Shown here one piece after another: positions 1 to 7,035 of a stretch of 19,102 nucleotides of DNA; position 1 is the first letter of the stretch; each line of letters begins with the position of its first letter. Below the pieces are notes generated by a model that did no database searches, was not told the origin of the DNA, and worked only from the letters and a program-made list of their open reading frames with translations. The DNA comes from a virus (taxonomy: Duplodnaviria > Heunggongvirae > Uroviricota > Caudoviricetes > Crassvirales). The DNA is taken from IMG/VR virus record IMGVR_UViG_3300024350_000008, one strand, 5' to 3'. The translations under genes and the position numbers were made by a program.

Positions 1-558
1 CACAGCAAATGTTCCTTCATAACCTATCTGATCTTCTCTCTTTATATGAACAATGTTATACTTCTCTCTAAACTCATGTATAACATTCTCTACTATATAG
101 CTAGGAATATCTCTAGCCCAAGAGTATTTCTGTTCTGTCTCAGCACCACCATTAGTTTGCATCAAAAAAATAGGCTTATCAGAAACAAATTTTTTGCTAA
201 AGAAATCTATTTCTCTCTGTGTAAGAAATAGCTCTCCAACAGTCTTTGTTACTGGTAAACCGTACAAATTACACCATGTTTCAATAAGGTGTTCATCTTG
301 TTTAATGTGCTTTGCTTCCAAGTATGGATCGTGTGCAAATACCATAATCTCTTGATTCTCAATGTATTCCTTATAGAAATAAGCCTGTTGTCCAAAAGCG
401 TATGCTCTGTCAACATTCTTATTACCTAAGAATACATCTGGATAACCAGAGACAACAATAAGTTTACTATCAGGATACTTAGCCTTGATAGAAGCACAAA
501 TGGCGGTACCAGCAATCACCTTGCCAATACCGCCATTAATTTGGAATATTATATTCAT
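1..558 (-). CDS. Glycosyltransferase, GT-B fold, family 9 (heptosyltransferase-like); 3'-truncated at the window edge; absent from the supplied ORF track
   Basis: Manual translation from ATG at 558 is open for 186 codons to base 1: MNIIFQINGGIGKVIAGTAICASIKAKYPDSKLIVVSGYPDVFLGNKNVDRAY...HLIETWCNLYGL...KPIFLMQTNGG...SWARDIP...NIVHIKREDQ. The N-terminus follows the GT9 pattern (beta strand, GGxG, helix, K..YP..k.i.v). The later 'ifl.q..gg...r.w' stretch resembles the start of the second Rossmann domain. Confidence 0.8.
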   Translation of the reverse strand, partial: MNIIFQINGGIGKVIAGTAICASIKAKYPDSKLIVVSGYPDVFLGNKNVDRAYAFGQQAYFYKEYIENQEIMVFAHDPYLEAKHIKQDEHLIETWCNLYGLPVTKTVGELFLTQREIDFFSKKFVSDKPIFLMQTNGGAETEQKYSWARDIPSYIVENVIHEFREKYNIVHIKREDQIGYEGTFAV

Positions 559-563
559 GTATG

Positions 564-592
564 GTTGATTTTACCTCCAAAGGTAAACCAAC
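564..592 (-). promoter_or_regulatory. Stem-loop overlapping the -7 promoter element and ending 5 nt before the GT start codon
   Basis: Minus strand GTTGG-TTTACCT-ttgg-AGGTAAA-a-TCAAC: a perfect 7-bp inner stem (570-576/581-587), a 4-nt loop, and a 5-bp outer stem with one G-U pair after a 1-nt bulge. No U-tract follows. Confidence 0.55.
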
Positions 593-608
593 TATTTTGA
601 ATAACAAA
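578..608 (-). promoter_or_regulatory. Bacteroidota primary-sigma promoter for the glycosyltransferase gene
   Basis: Minus strand reads TTTG (608-605), a 19-nt spacer, then TACCTTTG (585-578). This is an exact match to the -33 TTTG / -7 TAnnTTTG consensus, 19 nt upstream of the ATG at 558. Confidence 0.75.
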
Positions 609-612
609 ATTT

Positions 613-834
613 TTATTCAGCTTTTAATTGAGCTAAACGAGCTTTATGCTCATCAATTTTAGCTTGCAATTCTGCTGCTTTTTGCTCAGGAGTTTTTGCT
701 GCCTCAGCTGCTGCTGCTGCTTCTTCCTCAGCTTTTCTTTGTGCAATAAATGCTTGCATTTTAGCTTTTCTTGCTAATTCAATTTCTAATTGAGTTGCTC
801 TTAATTCTGCCTCTAAGGCTGTTAAATCTGCCAT
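613..834 (-). CDS. Small Ala/Glu/Lys-rich coiled-coil hypothetical protein (73 aa)
   Basis: Co-oriented with its neighbours, A-rich leader (aaaaaaataaaatatt-ATG), heptad-like helical sequence. No recognisable family. Confidence 0.7.
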   Translation of the reverse strand: MADLTALEAELRATQLEIELARKAKMQAFIAQRKAEEEAAAAAEAAKTPEQKAAELQAKIDEHKARLAQLKAE

Positions 835-853
835 AATATTTATTTTTTTATGT

Positions 854-3826
854 TTAAACTAAATTGTTTCTTTTGATTATATCCTCTAAGGTAGCTATTT
901 TTTGTTCTTGAGCATCAAATTTAGCACTTAATTCTTGTAATGCTTTAGTAAGAACTGGAATTATTTTCTCTGGACTTAGAGACATTTCATCACTCTCTGC
1001 ACTTCTACCTACTGCTTCTGGTATAATTGGTTCAACCTCTTGAGCTATGAAGCCAATTTGTCTATTACATCCTCTAGTTTCTCTTGCTGTTTCATTCCAG
1101 TCAAAGCTAACAGGGTTCAGTTTTTTAACATCACACAACCCATAAGAAAGACCACAGATGTTTGTTTTTAAACGTATGTCAGAGCTATTTCTAACAATCA
1201 CACCATTTGTTCCAACACATAAAGCAACTGTTGTACCTACAAGATTACAAGCCCACAATTGGTTTGATGCAAAAGAACAAGCAATACTGTTAACAATACA
1301 ACATCCAAATACTCCTGAATAATTTCCAGAGGCTGTATTACCCATACCTCCTAGGATTACTGATTGGCTACAACAAACCGTGTTAAAATAACCACCTCCA
1401 ATAAATGAACCATCACCGTCTACTATATTACTACCACCTCCAACTACTGCAGAATAGTATCCACGAGCAGCATTCTGGTATCCATTACCAATAAATGATG
1501 AGTAACCACTAGCACTATTTGCACATCCACCAACAATAGTTGAGTATTGATTACTAGCAAAGTTAGAAGTACCGCCTCCAATAAATGTATAATATGCACT
1601 AAATGAGTTGTTGTAATTAGGGGCAATACAGTTACCAGTACCACCCACAATAGTTGCAGTATTTGAATACCCATCTATTATGTTATAACTTCCTCCACCT
1701 ATAAATGAACGCTTAGAACAAACTGTATTATTACACCCACCTACTATTGCTGAATAAGCTGGATGAATTGTATTACTACGGCCACCTACAATATTTGAAT
1801 TATTTGAGCAAACTGTATTATACTGTCCACCTCCTATAAATGAGTTTGAAGAACCTATACTTCCAGTGATGGTTGTAAAATCACAATAGAAAGAGGAGCA
1901 AGTCGTTGCAATTACAGTGGCAGGTATCCAGCCGTAGTAGTTACTCACAGTAACCTGTCCTGTCATTAGACCATAAGTGGCTGAGTTCATCGTTACTGTA
2001 GAACCATTTGGGAACATTGATGTAACATCTCCGTAAGAGCTATTTAATTGCAAATAGCCCATTCCATATAAATTGGAATTTGTTATATTATATGTACAAG
2101 ACACATATTGTGCTGCTGTGTTATTTGTACCTCCTACTATACTTGTAGCTAATCCTCCGTTTGTATTACATTGTCCACCACCTGCAAAGCTATAATCTCC
2201 ACATGCAGTATTACTAACTCCACATCTAAGTGTAGAATTACAACCTGCACCTGCAACCATAATTCCACCACCACCTGCAGTGTATGGAACTAACATTCCA
2301 TTTGCATCAGTACAAACAGCACAACCAGCAGTTGCTAAGTTAGCTGCAATTAATCTATTGGCTTTGAATGAACAAGCTACAGAGTTAGTTAATCCGCAGC
2401 CAAATACTGCACTATATGGAGCAGATGCTGTATTACCCCTACCACCTAATACTACTGAGTTATAACCACTTGCTGTATTTAATAAACCGTTAACAATTGC
2501 TGAATAAGATCCACACGCTTGGTTACCATCTCCTCCACCAACAGTTGAGTTTTGTCCATAAGTATAGTTATAAGTACCACCTGCAATAGATGAACAGTCT
2601 CCTCCATTCACATTAAACCTTCCTCCACCAATAAATGAATAATTTGAAGATATAGTATTATATTGTCCACTTACTATTGCTGAATGTATTCCACAAGCTG
2701 TATTATACATACCTGCTCCTATAAATGATTCACCAGCGCCAGCCGTATTAAACGCTCCTGTACCAACAAATCCTCCATAATATGCTACGTTGCAATAACC
2801 ACTACTAACAGTTGAATAACCAATACCAGCAATATTACACTCACCACCACCTATAAATGCGGAATATCCTCCTGATATTGTATTATATCTTCCGCCAACA
2901 ATAGCAGATGAGAGTGTATTACATGTTATGTTATTATTATATCCTGATAGTATGGTAGATGAACCAGCTGAGTTTGGATTCCAACAGTTGCTACTAATAG
3001 TATTACAGAATCCTGATAAAATACTTGAATTTTGTGAACAAACAGTATTAGTATTTCCTCCACCAATAAAAGCATTTGTGGTATACATGCCGCTTATGGT
3101 GTTATAGTAACCTCCAGAAATAGTGTTTGTATTATAATCACTACTAATAGTATTACAGTTACCTCCACCAATAAAGTGAGCTTGGGCTGTTCCATATGTT
3201 CCAGCAGTAATAGTATTATAGTTACCTCCAGAAATTGTATGAGAAGAACCACAAATTATATTATAAGATCCTCCACCAATAAAGCTCCAACCCTCATAGC
3301 CTGATAATGTTAAGATTTGATTACACTCTCCTCCAGCTATAGTAGAAAATCTAGTTTGATTTATATTAAATTTTCCACCTACAATTGCTGAGTTACATGT
3401 ACCATTACTATTACTGATTATATTTAGATATCCACCACCAACAAATGAGTGACACCCACCAGCTGTATTACATTGACCACCTCCAGCAAAACTATAATCA
3501 CCTGGTGCTGTATTATTAACACCACATCTAATAGAAGAACAAGTACCAGAACCAGCAGTAAAGATTCCTATTCCACTAGTTCCACTTGGGCCAGGGATGC
3601 CAGATAACGTGATGGTCCAATTAGTTATAACACCTGCGTCTCCACAAAATTGACAAGGTTTAAGAACTAGTTCTCCAGTTCCACTATTATATGAAACAAT
3701 TTCACCCCATATGTAAGAATTAACACCATCATACAACTGCACAAAGTCGTTTGCATTGAATGACAATCCTGTTTGGGTAGTAAGGGTTATATTGTCATAA
3801 CATCCACAAGGAGAGCAATTAGGCAT
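854..3826 (-). CDS. Tail fibre / receptor-binding protein with about 35 S-F/A-I-G/V-G-G-x-x-N repeats and a C-terminal intramolecular chaperone (peptidase S74)
   Basis: 14-16 aa repeats such as SFIGGGxxNT resemble trimeric beta-roll (YadA-head-like) repeats. The C-terminus has SDIRLK...LNPVSFDW...IGFIAQEVE...IIPVLTKALQEL plus a coiled coil, the S74 signature. Confidence 0.88.
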   Translation of the reverse strand: MPNCSPCGCYDNITLTTQTGLSFNANDFVQLYDGVNSYIWGEIVSYNSGTGELVLKPCQFCGDAGVITNWTITLSGIPGPSGTSGIGIFTAGSGTCSSIRCGVNNTAPGDYSFAGGGQCNTAGGCHSFVGGGYLNIISNSNGTCNSAIVGGKFNINQTRFSTIAGGECNQILTLSGYEGWSFIGGGSYNIICGSSHTISGGNYNTITAGTYGTAQAHFIGGGNCNTISSDYNTNTISGGYYNTISGMYTTNAFIGGGNTNTVCSQNSSILSGFCNTISSNCWNPNSAGSSTILSGYNNNITCNTLSSAIVGGRYNTISGGYSAFIGGGECNIAGIGYSTVSSGYCNVAYYGGFVGTGAFNTAGAGESFIGAGMYNTACGIHSAIVSGQYNTISSNYSFIGGGRFNVNGGDCSSIAGGTYNYTYGQNSTVGGGDGNQACGSYSAIVNGLLNTASGYNSVVLGGRGNTASAPYSAVFGCGLTNSVACSFKANRLIAANLATAGCAVCTDANGMLVPYTAGGGGIMVAGAGCNSTLRCGVSNTACGDYSFAGGGQCNTNGGLATSIVGGTNNTAAQYVSCTYNITNSNLYGMGYLQLNSSYGDVTSMFPNGSTVTMNSATYGLMTGQVTVSNYYGWIPATVIATTCSSFYCDFTTITGSIGSSNSFIGGGQYNTVCSNNSNIVGGRSNTIHPAYSAIVGGCNNTVCSKRSFIGGGSYNIIDGYSNTATIVGGTGNCIAPNYNNSFSAYYTFIGGGTSNFASNQYSTIVGGCANSASGYSSFIGNGYQNAARGYYSAVVGGGSNIVDGDGSFIGGGYFNTVCCSQSVILGGMGNTASGNYSGVFGCCIVNSIACSFASNQLWACNLVGTTVALCVGTNGVIVRNSSDIRLKTNICGLSYGLCDVKKLNPVSFDWNETARETRGCNRQIGFIAQEVEPIIPEAVGRSAESDEMSLSPEKIIPVLTKALQELSAKFDAQEQKIATLEDIIKRNNLV
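857..1183 (-). other. Peptidase S74 / intramolecular chaperone domain, autocleavage site S-D-I-R-L-K at 1183-1166
   Basis: The S-D-x-R-L-K Ser/Lys dyad, GFIAQE and terminal coiled coil are all present. Confidence 0.85.
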
Positions 3827-3891
3827 GTTGATATATTAAGGTTGTTTTGTAAATTTAATTATATTGGTTGAGTTGTTGTAGTGGTTGTGGT

Positions 3892-3933
3892 ACATGTACC
3901 AATTTGTGTCAACATATACCAATTTGTGTCAAC
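3892..3933. repeat. 20-bp tandem duplication at the 3' end of the 905-aa gene
   Basis: acatgtaccaatttgtgtcaac (3892-3913) versus acatataccaatttgtgtcaac (3912-3933), 21/22 identical. The 17-bp cores at 3897-3913 and 3917-3933 are identical. Confidence 0.95.
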
Positions 3934-6626
3934 GTTGTACCATTATCAGCATAAGGATTTCCTACAGAATCACAGTTACAGAATTGACCAGTTGGGTCAC
4001 CACTGCTTAATGTAATTGTTTGAGGATCACCAGTATAACAGTTGTAATAATGAATCACATCACCTCCTTCAGGAATAGTTGCTCCATTATACTCCCAATT
4101 TCTACAGTTGGCACATACAAAAGCGGTAGTAGTAGTGGTTGTTGTACATTCTACCAAAGGTAGTGTGATTGCACTTGAGCTTGTACCAACATACACTGAA
4201 GACGCACCACTTGTTCCACTAGTACCGCTTGATCCACTTGTACCTGAACTTCCATCCACACCAGATGTTCCGTTGATTCCTGAGGTTCCAGATGAACCAG
4301 ATGTGCCATCAACTCCAGAAGTACCTGATGTTCCATCCACACCACTTGTACCTGAAGTTCCACTAGTACCATCAACACCTGATGTTCCTCCTGTTCCATC
4401 AGTACCTGATGTTCCACTTGTTCCACTAGAGCCTGCTGTGCCTGAACTACCAGAGCTTCCAGAAGACCCAGACGATCCACTAGTTCCTGCAGTGCCAGAG
4501 GTTCCGCCACTACCGTCAGTACCACTTGTACCAGCACTGCCACTAGATCCAGAAGATCCAGATGTTCCACTGGTTCCCCCACTACCATCTGTTCCTGAGC
4601 TACCTGCTGTACCGCTTGTGCCTGAAGATCCAGCTGTACCACTGCTACCAGATGATCCAGAGCTGCCAGAACTTCCACTCGTACCTGTAGTGCCACTCGT
4701 ACCACTGGTTCCTCCTGAACCATCAGTGCCGCTAGTGCCTGATGTACCTGATGTAGCGCTTGTTCCACTACTACCAGATGTACCTGTGGTGCCAGACGTA
4801 CCAGATGTACCATTAGATCCATTAGTACCAGATGTACCTGAAGTTCCAGATGTAGCACTTGTACCAGATGTTCCAGTGGTTCCTGAGGTGCCTGAGGTGC
4901 CTGTAGTTCCAGACGTGCCATCTATTCCACTTGTACCAGATGTGCCACCAGTACCTGATGTGCCTGTTGTACCACTACTACCACTTGAACCAGAAGTTCC
5001 TGTAGTACCAGACGTACCTGCTGTAGCAGACGTACCACTTGTTCCAGAAGTACCATCTGTACCGTTACCACCTGTAGCACCATCTAGGTTCACTTCCCAA
5101 GATGAATATGTACCAGAGCCAGTTTGTCCAGTCACTTGGAAGCTTAAGCTACCAGTGTTTGGATCATATGATGTAACGACTGCTTCATTGTGTTTGAAAG
5201 CATCGCCTGAATAAGTTATAATGATTGATTGCCCCAGAGTGTATGCCAGTCCTGTACCCACTGTAATAGTGCCTGTACCAGGAGGGGCTTGTATTGTATA
5301 TGTGGTGGAGGATGTTGTAGCAAATCTATCACCACTCAAACCTGAAGATCCTGATGTACCTGTAGTACCACTTGTTCCAGAAGTGCCTGATGTAGCACTC
5401 GTACCACTGGTGCCGCTTGTTGCACTTGTACCAGATGTACCGCTTGTACCTCCAGATCCGTCTGTTCCACTGGTTCCTGAAGTGCCAGAAGTACCACTTA
5501 TGCCAGTGGTTCCTGATGTGCCACTTGTTCCTGCAGTGCCACTAGTACCAGACGTACCTGCTGTACCATCTGTACCACTGGTTCCAGCTGTACCACTGGT
5601 TCCTGATGTACCTGTTGTACCAGCAGTTCCACTTGTGCCTGACGTACCTGATGAACCTCCTGTACCATCAGTGGCAGATGTACCACTTGTACCACTACTG
5701 CCAGATGTTCCTGTAGTTCCGCTTGTTCCACTTGTACCTGTAGTACCTGAAGATCCAGAAGTCGCACTCGTACCACTTGTACCTGAAGTTCCTCCTGTTC
5801 CATCAGTTCCAGAAGATCCTGATGTACCAGAGGTGGCAGAAGTACCTGACGTACCACTGGTACCACCTGTACCATCTGTTGCTGACGTACCTGATGTACC
5901 ACTTGATCCACTTGTTGCAGACGTACCACTTGTAGCACTTGTACCGCTTGTACCTGTGGTTCCACTAGATCCTGAGGTAGCTGATGTACCAGACGTGCCT
6001 GATGTGCCGCCAGTACCATTTGTACCGCTTGTGCCTGATGTTCCACTGGTTGCACTCGTACCACTCGTACCAGTGGTACCAGAAGTACCTGTTGTGCCGC
6101 TTGTACCAGAACTACCAGCTATGCCACTAGTTCCACTCGTAGCGCTTGTACCACTGGTCCCACTGGTCCCACTGGTTCCTGAGCTACCGCTTGTACCAAA
6201 CGTTCCATCTGCACCTGAAGTACCACTGGTCCCACTGGTTCCAGAAGTTCCAGAAGTTCCAGAGCTTCCTGCCAAACCATTGGCAAAAGCTGCTTCTATT
6301 TTCTCAATGACTGTCTGAACATTATCGTTGGTGTTAATTTTTGTATAGATCAAATTGGGTCCTTCATAGAACACACAAGTGGCGTTCAATATAATTGGAC
6401 AAGGGTTAGCAGCACATATGACTGGGCTGGTTGTAAAAGAATCATTTTGGCTATGATTGCCAAAGAGTTTAGATATGAACGGTACTTTGTCTGAATCATT
6501 AACTGGTTCAGGATCAGGCACATAGGTATATATCGGTGTATTATCTACACAGTCAGGAGTTGACTCACCTGAAGTACCAGATGTGCCACTACCCCCATAT
6601 TGGAGTATATTAGGAAGTACGTTCAT
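3909..6626 (-). CDS. Collagen-like Gly-Thr-Ser repeat tail fibre/whisker protein (905 aa)
   Basis: Two G-X-Y tracts (aa about 120-432 and 516-807) are separated by an 83-aa beta domain. It also has a Cys-containing N-terminal domain, a poly-Thr linker and a Cys-rich C-terminal domain. It lies between tail-type genes. Confidence 0.75.
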   Translation of the reverse strand: MNVLPNILQYGGSGTSGTSGESTPDCVDNTPIYTYVPDPEPVNDSDKVPFISKLFGNHSQNDSFTTSPVICAANPCPIILNATCVFYEGPNLIYTKINTNDNVQTVIEKIEAAFANGLAGSSGTSGTSGTSGTSGTSGADGTFGTSGSSGTSGTSGTSGTSATSGTSGIAGSSGTSGTTGTSGTTGTSGTSATSGTSGTSGTNGTGGTSGTSGTSATSGSSGTTGTSGTSATSGTSATSGSSGTSGTSATDGTGGTSGTSGTSATSGTSGSSGTDGTGGTSGTSGTSATSGSSGTTGTSGTSGTTGTSGSSGTSGTSATDGTGGSSGTSGTSGTAGTTGTSGTSGTAGTSGTDGTAGTSGTSGTAGTSGTSGTTGISGTSGTSGTSGTDGSGGTSGTSGTSATSGTSGTSATSGTSGTSGTTGTSGSSGLSGDRFATTSSTTYTIQAPPGTGTITVGTGLAYTLGQSIIITYSGDAFKHNEAVVTSYDPNTGSLSFQVTGQTGSGTYSSWEVNLDGATGGNGTDGTSGTSGTSATAGTSGTTGTSGSSGSSGTTGTSGTGGTSGTSGIDGTSGTTGTSGTSGTTGTSGTSATSGTSGTSGTNGSNGTSGTSGTTGTSGSSGTSATSGTSGTSGTDGSGGTSGTSGTTGTSGSSGSSGSSGSSGTAGSSGTSGTAGSSGTDGSGGTSGTSGSSGSSGSAGTSGTDGSGGTSGTAGTSGSSGSSGSSGSSGTAGSSGTSGTSGTDGTGGTSGVDGTSGTSGTSGVDGTSGTSGVDGTSGSSGTSGINGTSGVDGSSGTSGSSGTSGTSGASSVYVGTSSSAITLPLVECTTTTTTTAFVCANCRNWEYNGATIPEGGDVIHYYNCYTGDPQTITLSSGDPTGQFCNCDSVGNPYADNGTTLTQIGIC
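4206..5081 (-). repeat. Gly-X-Y (GTS/GSS/GTD) coding repeat tract 2, about 97 triplets
   Basis: 9-bp period degenerate repeat with Gly at almost every third residue and occasional Ala substitutions. Confidence 0.9.
5331..6269 (-). repeat. Gly-X-Y (GTS/GTT/ATS) coding repeat tract 1, about 104 triplets
   Basis: 9-bp period degenerate repeat. Some runs are near-exact, e.g. ccactggtc x3 near 6151-6179. Confidence 0.9.
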
Positions 6627-6634
6627 GTTCTAAA

Positions 6635-7030
6635 TTAATGTACGATTTTCAATACGTCACCTGTACGGTACACTTGACCTTGGAGTAAACCACCCAAAAT
6701 GGCAGCAGCATTATCAGCATATTCAGGGGCTCCTGTGTAAGGAACAGAAAGAAGAATCCTCCAGTCTAAGGCTCCTGTGCCTGTAGTTTGGGCATAATAA
6801 AGATTCTTGGGTCCACTGGTTCTTAAATAGAGCTGTCCCAAGTAGATGGCTCCAGCTGTAGGAGCACCAGATCCTGTTACAGGAACCAGATTGTCATTAA
6901 TCTTCTCTAACGCAACCTGTAAAGAGTCTAGGGGGTTTACGTCAATGTTAGTCAAATAGTCACCGTTATAAAGAACGCACAGAGCATTCTCATAGGTGGC
7001 ACATGTTGGGCAAATTGCAGCAGTACGCAT
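6635..7030 (-). CDS. Small tail-associated structural protein (131 aa)
   Basis: The N-terminal C..C...N-A-x-C-V-x-Y-x-G module is shared with the 905-aa fibre. GSGAPT...GQLYL...LYY...W resembles a common phage fibre segment, and the C-terminal YADNAAA..GL..G..YRT...LKI motif resembles those of Bacteroidota phage tail proteins. It stops 8 nt before the next ATG. Confidence 0.65.
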   Translation of the reverse strand: MRTAAICPTCATYENALCVLYNGDYLTNIDVNPLDSLQVALEKINDNLVPVTGSGAPTAGAIYLGQLYLRTSGPKNLYYAQTTGTGALDWRILLSVPYTGAPEYADNAAAILGGLLQGQVYRTGDVLKIVH

Positions 7031-7035
7031 ATAAG

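Noticed and set aside
46-231. 61-aa plus-strand ORF
   Set aside because: Antisense to the GT9-like gene, with no recognisable features.
594-610. ATTTTG-N5-CAAAAT hairpin after the 73-aa gene as a terminator
   Set aside because: The stem is weak and AT-rich with no U-tract, and it is better explained as part of the -33 promoter element.
854-3826. Diversity-generating retroelement target in the fibre gene
   Set aside because: No near-identical template/variable pair differing only at adenines and no reverse transcriptase are visible in the window. The similar blocks differ at all base types.
4206-6269. Possible CRISPR array or non-coding satellite
   Set aside because: There is no constant repeat with unique spacers. 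Variation is mostly synonymous, as expected for a coding repeat.
4108-6318. Long plus-strand Val-Pro/Val-Pro-Asp ORFs (4108-5214, 5221-6318, 4151-4921) and minus-strand 5498-6064
   Set aside because: These are shadows of the 9-bp GTS coding repeat, which lacks stops in other frames. The GTS frame contains real globular domains and fits the operon.
6390-6450. Alternative-frame ATG (MILLQPAQSY...) inside the 905-aa gene as a hidden start or frameshift
   Set aside because: The annotated frame already aligns with the 131-aa paralogue through this region (VIC vs AIC), and the other frame stops after about 19 codons.
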